Assembly: GCA_964567625.1 (NCBI GenBank)
Contig: CAZMNK010000013.1
Span: 2,934 to 61,907 of the forward strand
Length of the DNA stretch: 58,974 nucleotides
Direction: 5' to 3'
DNA from: an uncultured Enterobacterales bacterium
GTDB lineage: Bacteria > Myxococcota_A > UBA796 > CAJQPC01
Under the pieces are notes generated by a model. The model was not told the origin of the DNA. It made no database searches and saw nothing but the letters and a program-made list of their open reading frames with translations. Of this stretch, positions 27,865-37,848 are shown piece by piece. A program made the position numbers and the translations under genes. Each line of letters starts with the position of its first letter. The first letter of the stretch is position 1.

Positions 27865-30063
27865 ATGGCAATCGGTCAGGGAGTCACACGCGCCGACGGC
27901 GGCGCCAAGGTCACAGGTCGGGCAGTCTATGTCGATGACCTGCAACCGACAGGGTGTCTCTACGGCGCCACGGTCCGATCTCGCCATGCCCATGCCAGGG
28001 TGGTTTCCATCACCCGTGATCCGGCGTTTGATTGGGAGGGAATCACCCTCCTGACCGCCGACGACATCCCGGGAAAGAACTGTATTTTCCTGATGACCGA
28101 GGACCAGCCGGCCCTGGCGCCGGGGGTGGTCCGACATGTGGAGGAACCCATCGCCCTGGTGGCCGCCCCCACCCGGGAGCTGGCCGCCCGCGCCGCAAGG
28201 CATGTTGTTGTGGAATACCAGCAGCTTACGCCGGTATTTGACCCCCGGGTCGCGGAAGGAAACGATTCGGTGATTTTCAAGCCGGACAACGTCTTCTCTC
28301 GCATTCGAATCGACAAGGGGGACCCGGCCGCTGTGACAGGGGGCCGCTTGATCGAGGGCTTCTACCAGACCGGCCTGCACGAACAGCTCTACATCGAGTG
28401 TCAGGGCATGCTGGCCATCCCCCGGGAGGACGGTGGGCTCACGCTGACCGGATCGCTCCAGTGCCCGTACTACATCACCAAGGCCATCTCCAAGCTGCTG
28501 GGGTCCGAATACGAGGAGCCGGGCCGCATCAATGTGGTTCAGGCCTGCACGGGTGGAGGCTTTGGCGGCAAGGAGGAATACCCCTCCATCGTGGCGGCCC
28601 ACGCTGCCCTGTTGGCTGTCCACACAGGCCGGCCCGTCAAGTTGATCTACAAGCGTGACGAGGACCTGCGGGCCACGACCAAGCGACACCCCTGCGAGAT
28701 CGGCATCCGGACCCGGGTCGACGAAGACGGACGCCTGCTGAGCTTTGAATGCGACATGCTGATCGATGGCGGGGCCTACAACACGCTCACGCCGGTGGTG
28801 TTGTCCAGGGCCGTCATCCACGCCACGGGGCCCTATCGGTGTGAACACGTGCGAATCCAGGGTCGGGCGGTCGCCACACACACGCCGCCCAACGGAGCCT
28901 TTCGAGGATTCGGCGCACCCCAGGCGCATTTTGCCGCCGAGCGACACATGGACCGCATTGCCCGGGAACTGGGGATCGATCCCGTTGAGTTGCGTCGTCG
29001 CAACCTGTTGCGGGACGGGGACATCTCCGCCACGGGCCAGGAGATGATCGACGTGGGGGCAGCGACGGTCCTGGACGCTGCCCTGGAGGCGGCCAATGCC
29101 TCGGCCCCCCGAGCCCTGCCGGACCTGCCCGGGGGAGGACTCGCGGTCTCGCGCCTGGCCCAGGGCCGCGGGGTGAGCCTGGTCTTCCATGGCTGCGGCT
29201 TTACCGGCAATGGAGAGGCCGCATTGAAGGGCCGGGTGGCCCTGGAGTTGGTGGGAAAACAGCTGCGGATCCTGACGGGCTCCACAGACATCGGCCAGGG
29301 CACTCGCACGGTCTTTCCCCAGATCGTGGCCGAGGAGCTTGGCATTGACATGGCCCTGGTGGTGGTGGTCGAGCCTGACACCGCCGAGGTGCCTGACTCG
29401 GGCCCCACGGTGGCAAGCCGTACAGCGATGGTGGTCGGTGGCGTCTGCCAGGAGGCGGCCAAGAAGCTCCGAGATGCCCTGCAGTTGGAGATGGGTCGAC
29501 AGGCACCCTTCTCGGAGCTGCTCGCCGAGCGGAGCAGCCAGGTCGTGCTGCGGGTCGAGCACGTCTACGAGGACGACGGCAGCCTGACCTGGGACCCCGA
29601 GACCTACCAGGGGGATGCCTACCCGACCTATGGCTGGAACTGCAACGTGGTGGACCTGTCGGTGGACCTGGAGACCGGAGCGGTGCTCTACAACCGCCTG
29701 GTGACCGCCACGGACATCGGCAAGGCCCTCAACCCTGTCCTGGCCAGCGGCCAGATCGAGGGGGGTGCCCTGCAGGGATTGGGGTGGGCCACCCAGGAGG
29801 AGGTCGTGCTCGACCCCGAACGCCGGATGCGAAACGACCGGCTCACCAACTACATCATTCCGACCTCGCTGGACGCCCCTGAACTCAAGACCATCCTGGT
29901 GGAGATCCCCTACAAGGGAGGTCCCTTTGGAGCCAAGGGGCTGGGGGAGATTCCGTTGGATGGTCCTGCCGCTGCGGTGGCTCAGGCCATCGAGGTGGCC
30001 ACAGGCGCTGTCCTCGACACCCTGCCCATGACCCCTGAGAGGGTCCTGGAGGCCTTGTCTTGA
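27865..30063 (+). CDS. Xanthine dehydrogenase family, molybdopterin-binding subunit
   Basis: AKVTGRAVYVDD, GGGFGGK, AFRGFGAPQ, IGQG, TVASR, GQIEGG, GAKGLGE. Start ATG 27865. Confidence 0.92.
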   Translation: MAIGQGVTRADGGAKVTGRAVYVDDLQPTGCLYGATVRSRHAHARVVSITRDPAFDWEGITLLTADDIPGKNCIFLMTEDQPALAPGVVRHVEEPIALVAAPTRELAARAARHVVVEYQQLTPVFDPRVAEGNDSVIFKPDNVFSRIRIDKGDPAAVTGGRLIEGFYQTGLHEQLYIECQGMLAIPREDGGLTLTGSLQCPYYITKAISKLLGSEYEEPGRINVVQACTGGGFGGKEEYPSIVAAHAALLAVHTGRPVKLIYKRDEDLRATTKRHPCEIGIRTRVDEDGRLLSFECDMLIDGGAYNTLTPVVLSRAVIHATGPYRCEHVRIQGRAVATHTPPNGAFRGFGAPQAHFAAERHMDRIARELGIDPVELRRRNLLRDGDISATGQEMIDVGAATVLDAALEAANASAPRALPDLPGGGLAVSRLAQGRGVSLVFHGCGFTGNGEAALKGRVALELVGKQLRILTGSTDIGQGTRTVFPQIVAEELGIDMALVVVVEPDTAEVPDSGPTVASRTAMVVGGVCQEAAKKLRDALQLEMGRQAPFSELLAERSSQVVLRVEHVYEDDGSLTWDPETYQGDAYPTYGWNCNVVDLSVDLETGAVLYNRLVTATDIGKALNPVLASGQIEGGALQGLGWATQEEVVLDPERRMRNDRLTNYIIPTSLDAPELKTILVEIPYKGGPFGAKGLGEIPLDGPAAAVAQAIEVATGAVLDTLPMTPERVLEALS

Positions 30064-30524
30064 AGCTCGATTTCACCCTGAATGGCCGGACCGTCCAGGT
30101 CGATGCTCCTCCGGCGGCCCGGCTTCTCGACGTGTTGCGTGAGGCCATGGGCGAGACCGGCAGCAAGGAAGGCTGTGGAGAGGGAGAGTGTGGGGCCTGC
30201 ACGGTGCTGCTGGATGGGCGGAGCGTCTGCAGTTGCCTGGTGCCCGCGATCCAGGCCCAGGGCGCCACCTGCGTCACGGTCGAAGGATTGGAGGCCTCGG
30301 ACGGGGAGTTGCACCCGGTCCAGAAGGCCTTCCTCAAGCATGGGGCAGCCCAGTGCGGCATCTGCACGCCCGGGTTCGTGGTCACCGCGGTGGAGTTGCA
30401 CCGTCAGGGAGGAACCTGGACCAGGGCCAGCATCCGAGAGGCGCTGGCGGGCAACCTGTGTCGGTGCACGGGCTACCAGAAGATCATCGATGCGGTGGCC
30501 GAGGTGCTCGATGCCCGCCACTGA
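30060..30524 (+). CDS. Xanthine dehydrogenase family, 2Fe-2S subunit
   Basis: GCGEGECGAC, QCGICTPG, GNLCRCTGY. Confidence 0.93.
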   Translation: MKLDFTLNGRTVQVDAPPAARLLDVLREAMGETGSKEGCGEGECGACTVLLDGRSVCSCLVPAIQAQGATCVTVEGLEASDGELHPVQKAFLKHGAAQCGICTPGFVVTAVELHRQGGTWTRASIREALAGNLCRCTGYQKIIDAVAEVLDARH

Positions 30525-31380
30525 TGGACATCCGGAGCTGGGTCGGTCGGAGATCGCCTGCGAGCGGGCGACTTCCCTGTCCCAGGCACTGGACCTGCGT
30601 GCCCGGCACCCGGACTGCACGGTACTGGCAGGTGGCACCGACGTGATGGTGGACCTGGAATTCGGGGTAAGGCGGCCCGATTTCCTGTTGGACATCTGGT
30701 CGGTCGAGGAACTTCGGGGGGTGAGCCCACGGGATGATTGGACCCGGATCGGTGCTCTGACGACCTACACCGAGTTGATTGGCTCGCCCAGGGTCCAGGA
30801 ACAGGCGCCCTCGCTGGTCGAGTCCGCTCGGACTGTCGGGGCCCTGCAGATCCAGAACCGGGGAACCCTGGGGGGCAACCTGGGAAACGCTTCACCGGCG
30901 GGAGACACCCTTCCCGTGCTCCTCAGCCTGGATGCCGAGGTCGAGCTTGCCAGCCGGGATCGGGGGGTGCGTCGGATCCCGGTGGCGGACTTCTTCGTGG
31001 GCTACCGCCAGGTCCAGCTGGCGAAGGATGAGTTGATCACCGGGGTCTGGTTGCCGGCACGTCATCCCCAGGACCACACCCACTACCGCAAGGTCGGGAC
31101 CCGCTCGGCCCAGGCGATCTCCAAGGTGGTCTTGGGAGGAAGACTCCGGATCCAGGAGGGGACGGTCCAGGAGGCTCGGATCGCATTCGGGTCGATGGCT
31201 GCCATCCCGATCCGTTGCAGCCAGGTGGAAGAGGCCTTGACCGGCCGACCCGTGGACCCGTCGGCTGCGGCGCTTCTCTCCCGGGATCTTCAGCCCATCG
31301 ACGATGTGCGGTCCACAGGGGTCTACCGGACGAAGGTCGGGCAGAACCTCCTTCGGGCCTGGCTCGAGGCTCTTCGCTGA
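30511..31380 (+). CDS. Xanthine dehydrogenase family, FAD-binding subunit
   Basis: LAGGTD, QIQNRGTLGGN, ASPAGD, PIDDVRS..YR. Start inferred at ATG 30511. Confidence 0.9.
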   Translation: MPATDGHPELGRSEIACERATSLSQALDLRARHPDCTVLAGGTDVMVDLEFGVRRPDFLLDIWSVEELRGVSPRDDWTRIGALTTYTELIGSPRVQEQAPSLVESARTVGALQIQNRGTLGGNLGNASPAGDTLPVLLSLDAEVELASRDRGVRRIPVADFFVGYRQVQLAKDELITGVWLPARHPQDHTHYRKVGTRSAQAISKVVLGGRLRIQEGTVQEARIAFGSMAAIPIRCSQVEEALTGRPVDPSAAALLSRDLQPIDDVRSTGVYRTKVGQNLLRAWLEALR

Positions 31381-31409
31381 CCCGACAGCGGGTACTCGAA
31401 GGGGTCAAC

Positions 31410-32468
31410 ATGCTGGCCCTGGTGATCGCTGCCAGCGTGGTGGCGGGCGTCTCTCCAACGGCAACAGTCGAGTGCGGTGTGCACAATTGTTGTGACGGGA
31501 TGGTCTTCCGGGGCGTGGGGGAGACCCTGGCTGAAGGGGGCGAGGGCGTCTATGCCTGGCGCACCCTGGAGACCTGGTGGCTGGAGACCACCGGACAGGC
31601 ACCCGAGGTGGTCCTGCCTTTTGCCTACCCGCCCACGGCCCTGCCCCTGTTCCACGGGTGGGCCTTCGGTTCTGCCCAGGGTGCGGCGGCTGTTGCAGCA
31701 GGCGCCTCCATGGCCGCTTTCCTGGCCGTGGCTGCAGCCCTGGGCGGAGGACTGGTGGCCGTGGCCGCCGGGCTGGGCGGTTGGGCATTTTTTACCGCCT
31801 GGCTGGCTCAAACGGGCTTGTGGTTGGGTGCCGGCGGAGGACTGGTCTGGCTGGGGCTGCGCAAGGAGTCCGCATTCTGGTCCGGACTCGGTCTGGCGAT
31901 CCTGTGCCTCAAGCCGCACTACGGGGTCTATCCAGCCCTGTTTCTACTCCTGGCCGGTCGGTGGAAGGACCTGGGTGTGGCGCTGGGCTTTCTGGGGGCC
32001 TTGGCTGGCATCAGCGGGGCCCTCTACGGTCCTGAACAGTGGGTCGCATGGATGCAGGCGATCCAGGAGGGCGTGGGTGGGGAACACCCGGCCCTGGACT
32101 TCAAGGTCATGACCAGCTGGGTTGCCCTGGTGCCCGGCGGGCCCGAACTGGCCCGTGTGGGCATGGTCTTCTGGGTACTGGGCCTGGTGCCTGTGGGGAT
32201 CTGGTCACGCCGTCGTCCGCCCCAGGTGGCCCTGGCGGCGAGCCTCCTGCTGAGCCTGCTGCTGGCACCCCATGGCCATCCCTACGATCTCTCGCTGTGG
32301 CTGGTACCCTCGTTGTTGCTCTGGCCTCGCCAGCCCAAGCCGCTACTGGCCTTGGGGATCTTCCACCACGTCACCTTGTTTGTGCACGCCCGTTTCGCCA
32401 TGCCTCTGGCCACCGGCTGGCTCCTCTGGCGTGTGCTTCGAATCCGGGATCGAGAGGGCGAACCGTGA
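31410..32468 (+). CDS. GT-C membrane glycosyltransferase, GT87/DUF2029-like
   Basis: FAYPPT, AQ, LKPH, PHGHPYDL motifs in a polytopic membrane protein; start uncertain. Confidence 0.7.
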   Translation: MLALVIAASVVAGVSPTATVECGVHNCCDGMVFRGVGETLAEGGEGVYAWRTLETWWLETTGQAPEVVLPFAYPPTALPLFHGWAFGSAQGAAAVAAGASMAAFLAVAAALGGGLVAVAAGLGGWAFFTAWLAQTGLWLGAGGGLVWLGLRKESAFWSGLGLAILCLKPHYGVYPALFLLLAGRWKDLGVALGFLGALAGISGALYGPEQWVAWMQAIQEGVGGEHPALDFKVMTSWVALVPGGPELARVGMVFWVLGLVPVGIWSRRRPPQVALAASLLLSLLLAPHGHPYDLSLWLVPSLLLWPRQPKPLLALGIFHHVTLFVHARFAMPLATGWLLWRVLRIRDREGEP

Positions 32469-34102
32469 ATCGGAGATGGTTCGGTACCAAGGGGTCCGGT
32501 CGTTCTGATTCCGATGGGCCCCCCTCTCTCACCGAGGGCGCCGAGGAGCGCTACAGCCGGTTCTTCCAGGACTACCCCACGGCGCTCTTGCTGGTGGATC
32601 CGGACACTGGCACGGTCGTGGATGCCAATGAGCGGGCCCAGGAACTCACAGGGACCGGTGCCCAGGAACTCCAGGGGCAGGCGCTGGCCTCGCTCTTCGT
32701 GGGCCAGGTGCCCGAACTGGTGGACAAGGGAAGATTCACCCTGCGCCGCAGAGGCGAGGACCCCCTGCCTGTCGGGGGTCGGACCAGCAAGCTCCTGGTG
32801 AAGGACCGTGCCTACCAGGTCGTCGCCTTCCAGGACATTCGCCAGGAGTTGGAGGACATCGAACGACAGATCCGGATCGAGCGCCTCGAGGTGGTCAGCC
32901 GGGTGGCTGGCGGTCTTTCACACGACTTCTCCAACCTGCTTCAGGGAATCCTGGGCTATGCCGGCCACCTGGCACCCAGCAGTTCACCCGAGGTCCTTGC
33001 CACCGGACTGGAGGCCATTCACCGCTATGCGCGGCGCGGCTCCCAGATCGCCAGGCGCCTGCGGGCTCTCTCCCAGGAACCGGAGTTCCTGCGGGGAAAT
33101 TGCAGCGCCAGCGAGGTGGTTGCCGATGCCCAGGAGTTGATCGAGCGGGGTGTGGCCCTGGGCATGACCGTGGAGGTGTCCATCTGTGAGGATCCGGCAC
33201 CCATTGGGATTCCCGCCGGTCGACTCCAGGACATCCTGTTGAACCTGGCGATTCATGCCGCGGACAACATGCCGGGCGGCGGCTTGCTGCGTATCGAGGT
33301 GTCCCTTGAGAGCCTGGATCCCGACAGGGACCACCCGGGTGTGGATCTGCAGCCGGGCCCCTACGTCCTGTTGGCGATCACCGACACCGGTGGTGACGTC
33401 GATCCGGAACGCTTGAAGCAGGTCTTTGAACCCTACCGTTCCCTGGAGGATGGCAAGGCCGGCCTGGGCCTCGCCGTGGTGTGGGCCACCGTTCGTAGTG
33501 CAGGGGGCTGGGCCGAGATCGATGCGGAACCCGGGGTGGGCACCACGATTCGGCTGCTCTTTCCCCGGGTGGACGACCTCGCTGTCCAGGAGGTCCAGGG
33601 AGCAGTTGGATCTCTGACCCCGCCCACCAGCTTTCAACTGCTGGGGGCGGATCCAGGGGTCTCGTCGGAGTCTGAAATGCCCGGGAAGCCACCGGAGGAA
33701 CCGGCGGTGGTGGTGGCGAGAACGGGCGTTGTCCGTCGGGTCCTGGTGATCGACGACGAAGAGGATCTGCGCTCGATGATCGACATCCTGTTGGGGGCCC
33801 GGGGCATCGAGGTGGTCGGTGCGGCAGGCGGTCGGCAGGCGATCCAGTTGCTCGAAGAGGACCCTTCCTTTGACGCGATCATCCTGGACATGGTCATGCC
33901 AGGAATGGATGGGAACGAGGTCCTGCAGGTCCTGTCCACCATGGGACTGAACATCCCGGTGGTCCTTGCGACCGGCTATGCACCTGAGGAGTTGGATCCC
34001 GCTGCCCGGGCTGGGGTCTCAGCGACCCTGCGCAAGCCCTTTCAAACCGATGCCCTTGTGGCGGCCCTGCGGGCCAGCGTCGAGGCCGTCTCCGACACCT
34101 GA
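32465..34102 (+). CDS. Hybrid sensor histidine kinase (PAS-HisKA-HATPase-REC)
   Basis: DANERA PAS, SHDFSNLL H-box, LNLAIHA, GLGLAVV, VLVIDDE..ILDMVMP..KPF receiver. GTG start at 32465 overlaps the upstream stop. Confidence 0.9.
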   Translation: MNRRWFGTKGSGRSDSDGPPSLTEGAEERYSRFFQDYPTALLLVDPDTGTVVDANERAQELTGTGAQELQGQALASLFVGQVPELVDKGRFTLRRRGEDPLPVGGRTSKLLVKDRAYQVVAFQDIRQELEDIERQIRIERLEVVSRVAGGLSHDFSNLLQGILGYAGHLAPSSSPEVLATGLEAIHRYARRGSQIARRLRALSQEPEFLRGNCSASEVVADAQELIERGVALGMTVEVSICEDPAPIGIPAGRLQDILLNLAIHAADNMPGGGLLRIEVSLESLDPDRDHPGVDLQPGPYVLLAITDTGGDVDPERLKQVFEPYRSLEDGKAGLGLAVVWATVRSAGGWAEIDAEPGVGTTIRLLFPRVDDLAVQEVQGAVGSLTPPTSFQLLGADPGVSSESEMPGKPPEEPAVVVARTGVVRRVLVIDDEEDLRSMIDILLGARGIEVVGAAGGRQAIQLLEEDPSFDAIILDMVMPGMDGNEVLQVLSTMGLNIPVVLATGYAPEELDPAARAGVSATLRKPFQTDALVAALRASVEAVSDT

Positions 34103-34112
34103 GAGTTCCCCG

Positions 34113-35297
34113 ATGCCTCGCTTCCTTCAACCCGCTTCCCAGGTCGCCGAGATGGAGGGCGCGGTCTTTTCTCGGCTCGCCCACAAGATTGCGGCCATCG
34201 AGGGGCCGGTCTTTCCGCTTCACGTGGGTGACACATGGCTGCCTCCCTTTGAGGCCGGGCGCATGGAGAACCTGCGCTACGACGACTGGACCGGCATTCA
34301 CAAGTACTCCTCGCCCCAAGGCCTGCCGGCGCTGATCGACGCGGTGGTGGACAAGGTGCGTGGGGAGAACCGGATTCCAGTGGAGCGGGACGGCGTCCTG
34401 GTGACGGCCGGGACGACCGGCGGCCTGGGGGCTGCGGTCGGGATGCTTGCAGGGCCGGGTGAGGAGGTCTTGATCCTGGCGCCTCATTGGCCCCTCATCC
34501 GGGGCATCGTGGAGTCCTTTCGGGCCCGCCCGGTCCTGGTGCCGTTCTACGACCGGGTGGACTCTGCGGAGGCCGCGGTCGAGGCGGTTCGGGAATGCAT
34601 CACTGAGCGGACGGTGGCCCTGTACGTGTCGACACCTTCCAACCCCACTGGTGTCGTTCTTCCAGCCGCCTGGCTCCAGGCTCTGGCCGAGCTGTGCCGC
34701 TCCCAGGACCTCTGGCTGCTCAGCGACGAGGTCTACGAGTACCACGCCTACCGGGGCGAGCACGTCAGCATGGGGGGCTTTGCCCCGGAGCGGACCCTGA
34801 GCGCATTCAGCTTCTCCAAGGCCTACGGGATGGCCGGCAATCGAACCGGGTACCTGGTCGGACCCCCGGAAGCGATCGCCCAGTGTCGGAAGATCTCGAC
34901 CCACACCTTCTACTCGGCGCCCACGGCGGGCCAGATCGCTGGACTCAAGGCCATACAGGAAGGCCAGGATTGGGTGGCTGAGTCCCGACGGATCTACCAG
35001 GAGGCCGGCGATCATGCGGCGGAGATCCTGGGTCAGCCCCGTCCGGAGGGCTCGACCTTCCTGTTCCTGGACGTGGCCGATCAGCTGGATGAACGAGGCA
35101 TCTTCGGGTTCCTGGAGGACTGCCTGGAGGACGGCCTGGTGATGGCACCAGGGCCCTCTTTTGGACGAGGGATCTACGACAGCTACGTGAGGCTCTGCTA
35201 CACCTCGGCGCCGCCGGACCACGTGGCGGAGGGGTGTCGGAGGCTGGCGCGGCGGTTGGGTCGCTCCCTCAGTCCACCAGTCGGCGATGTGCCCTGA
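34113..35297 (+). CDS. PLP-dependent aminotransferase class I/II
   Basis: PSNPTG, SDEVY, SFSKAYGMAGNRTGY, YVRLCY. Confidence 0.92.
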   Translation: MPRFLQPASQVAEMEGAVFSRLAHKIAAIEGPVFPLHVGDTWLPPFEAGRMENLRYDDWTGIHKYSSPQGLPALIDAVVDKVRGENRIPVERDGVLVTAGTTGGLGAAVGMLAGPGEEVLILAPHWPLIRGIVESFRARPVLVPFYDRVDSAEAAVEAVRECITERTVALYVSTPSNPTGVVLPAAWLQALAELCRSQDLWLLSDEVYEYHAYRGEHVSMGGFAPERTLSAFSFSKAYGMAGNRTGYLVGPPEAIAQCRKISTHTFYSAPTAGQIAGLKAIQEGQDWVAESRRIYQEAGDHAAEILGQPRPEGSTFLFLDVADQLDERGIFGFLEDCLEDGLVMAPGPSFGRGIYDSYVRLCYTSAPPDHVAEGCRRLARRLGRSLSPPVGDVP

Positions 35298-36084
35298 TCG
35301 GGATCGCCTGTCGGATTGCCCGGGAACGTTCCAGGTCGATCTCGGCCAGGCAGAGCCCTTCCCCGTCACCACACTCCGCGACCACGGCGCCCCAGGGATC
35401 GATGATCACGCTGTGTCCATAGGAACAACGCAGTCCGTCGTCGTCGTGGGCCCCCCATTGACCGGGGGCCAGCACCCAGCACTGGGTCTCGATGGCCCGT
35501 GCCCGTAGCAGGACATGCCAGTGGTCCTTGCCGGTCATCAGGGTGAAGGCGGAGGGGACCGCGATCAGATCGGCTCCCTGGTCCACCAGGGCGCGGTAGA
35601 GCTCGGGAAATCGCAGGTCGTAGCAGATCGTCAGCCCGAGCCGCCCCAACGCGGTGTCGGCCACGACCACCTGCTGGCCTGGCGCACAGGTGGCGGACTC
35701 CTGGAACTGCACACCTCCTGGAATATCGACGTCGAACAGGTGCATCTTCCGGTAGCTCCGGATCAGCGCCCCGTCCGGGCCGAAGAGCAGGCTGGTGTTG
35801 TGGCAGCGTTCGGTCTCTCCTTCCGCGCGTTCGGCCACTGAGCCCACCAGCAGGTGAATGCCCAGTTCTCGGGCCAGCTCACCCAGGCGACGATGTGTCG
35901 GGCCGTCCACCTCTTCCGCGAGCAGGATCTTGCGAGCGTGAGGACCCAGGTAGGTGGTGGCTTCCGGGGTGGCGATGAGTTGTGCACCGGCTGCCGCGGC
36001 ACGACGGACCAGTTCCTCGGTGCGGGCCAGGTTGCGCTCGACATCCGAAGAACCCTGGATCTGGACACAGGCGGCGAGGAACAT
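35269..36084 (-). CDS. Carbon-nitrogen hydrolase (Nit1/deaminated glutathione amidase-like)
   Basis: Triad motifs TPE, YRKMHLFD, ICYDLRFPE; RARAIETQ. Confidence 0.9.
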   Translation of the reverse strand: MFLAACVQIQGSSDVERNLARTEELVRRAAAAGAQLIATPEATTYLGPHARKILLAEEVDGPTHRRLGELARELGIHLLVGSVAERAEGETERCHNTSLLFGPDGALIRSYRKMHLFDVDIPGGVQFQESATCAPGQQVVVADTALGRLGLTICYDLRFPELYRALVDQGADLIAVPSAFTLMTGKDHWHVLLRARAIETQCWVLAPGQWGAHDDDGLRCSYGHSVIIDPWGAVVAECGDGEGLCLAEIDLERSRAIRQAIPIRAHRRLVD

Positions 36085-36092
36085 CGGGGGCC

Positions 36093-37748
36093 TCAGGTCT
36101 TGCCGGACTTCTTCTGCTTGACCGCCATGTAGAGGTTTCGCGCCTCTTCGGACGCGCCTCCTTTCTTGATGACAAAGGCGAGTCGCTTTTCAGCGTCGTC
36201 GTAGTAGCCCATCTCGGACTCCAGTTTTGCGATGAAGAACTGGGTCGTCTGGATCTTGGGGGACAGGGACTCGGACATCTTCAACAGGTCGCTGGCCTCG
36301 TGGAGCCGTTCAGTCTCCTGCAGGCGCTGGTCATGAAGCGTGGCCCAACCCAGGTAGGCGAGGTTTCGGGGGCTGTGCATGTCGTGTTCGCGAGCGGCGG
36401 TGAAGCAGCGCACCGCCAGGGGGAAGTCCCGCTTGCGCTGGGCAGCAAAGCCTGCGGCAAAGGCGGCTTCTTCCCGGGAATCGCCGACGCAGTCGCTGCC
36501 ATACTCCTCGGCGGCGACGCAGAGGGCCTGGAGATTCAGGGTGGCCCGTTCAACCCGCTGGGTCATCTTGAGGGCCAGGACCTTGAGCTCCTTGACGGTC
36601 GACTCCTGTGCCATGGTGTTGTACCGGGAGTGCATGCGGGCCCCGGCCTGCTTGATGCGGTCGAGGTCATACCCAGGAGAGATGGCCAGGACGGTCCAGT
36701 CGTCGGTGTCCTTCAGGCGTTCCACGTCCTGGCGCAGACGCTTGGAGACCAGCTCCCGGTGCAGGCGAGCCATGTCGGTGCTGCTACCCCCGGATCCGGC
36801 CTTGCCTGTCGCACTGCTGACCACGGAACCGGCCCCGTTCTTCACGGCGCTTCGGGTCGACTTGGCGCTGCCCTTCCGAATCTTGAGTCGCTTGAACTCG
36901 ACCATTCGGAGCAGGTAGAGCGCCTCCAGTTGCCCGGGCAGGTCCGGGTCGTCCAGGCTCAACTGGGTCAGTCGACGTTCCAGTGGCATGGGGGAGGTCG
37001 ATGCATCGATCAACTGGGCCACAGCATCTCCGATCGGAAGCAGAAAGGCCCGCTCGTACAGGGCCAGTCGGTTCAGGGATCGGGAGCCCCAGCGTTTCAT
37101 GAAGTCGTCGCTGGTCAGGGAGACCGCGGCCTCCCAGATGGCCAGGCCCACGCTGAAGGTGTCGGCCAGGCCCTCCTGCTCGCAGGGTTCAAAACTCAGG
37201 CCCCCTTCTGCCAGGGCAGCGTGAATGAGTTGGGTGCCGTCACTGTCGATGGTGCCGCCACCCACCACCACGGCCTCCCTGCCGTCTGCAAGCTTCACCA
37301 GGCCGGTCTCTTCGTGGCCCCAGATTCGCGACAGCAGGTCGAGGGCGTAGCGGCTGGGCTGGCCCTCCACCATCCGGTGGGAGTCGGCCACCGCGTTCTC
37401 CACCAGGGTTCGCAGCCGGGCCATGGGCGTGTCTGTGGAAAACCGGCGGTAGATGCCCAGATCGTCGAGGATCCGGGCGGCTCGCGGGTCGCCTTCGCCA
37501 AGCCCGATCAGTGCAACCACCGGAATATCCGCGGCTGGGTGGGCGGATTGAACCTGGCGGATCAGGCGAACACCCTGCTTGTGGAGGTTCTGGACATCGA
37601 CGACCAGGGTTTCTGGCAACGCCTGGTCGATCCGTGCCAGGATGGCTGATGGGTCCGCGCACACGTCCAGACCCACGCCGATCGACTGGAGGATCGGTGT
37701 CAACTCGGCTTCGCGCTCATCAGCGCCTGGAACGAGAAGAAGCGACAA
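36093..37748 (-). CDS. Multidomain signalling protein: receiver-like N-terminus, J-domain-like region, C-terminal TPRs
   Basis: N-terminal REC-like beta/alpha pattern (LVVDV..IPVVAL); DWTVLAIS..RIKQA J-like helix; TPR-like AAFAAG..AVRCF..AYLGWA. Confidence 0.55.
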   Translation of the reverse strand: MSLLLVPGADEREAELTPILQSIGVGLDVCADPSAILARIDQALPETLVVDVQNLHKQGVRLIRQVQSAHPAADIPVVALIGLGEGDPRAARILDDLGIYRRFSTDTPMARLRTLVENAVADSHRMVEGQPSRYALDLLSRIWGHEETGLVKLADGREAVVVGGGTIDSDGTQLIHAALAEGGLSFEPCEQEGLADTFSVGLAIWEAAVSLTSDDFMKRWGSRSLNRLALYERAFLLPIGDAVAQLIDASTSPMPLERRLTQLSLDDPDLPGQLEALYLLRMVEFKRLKIRKGSAKSTRSAVKNGAGSVVSSATGKAGSGGSSTDMARLHRELVSKRLRQDVERLKDTDDWTVLAISPGYDLDRIKQAGARMHSRYNTMAQESTVKELKVLALKMTQRVERATLNLQALCVAAEEYGSDCVGDSREEAAFAAGFAAQRKRDFPLAVRCFTAAREHDMHSPRNLAYLGWATLHDQRLQETERLHEASDLLKMSESLSPKIQTTQFFIAKLESEMGYYDDAEKRLAFVIKKGGASEEARNLYMAVKQKKSGKT

Positions 37749-37848
37749 GGGCAGGAGGGTTCAGGGGCGCCGAGAAGAATAGCGCAATCGAGGCGATGAT
37801 GAGGCCCCAGCCTTGCCCGCTCCCGGCAAAGGCTGCTCATTCCGGGCT

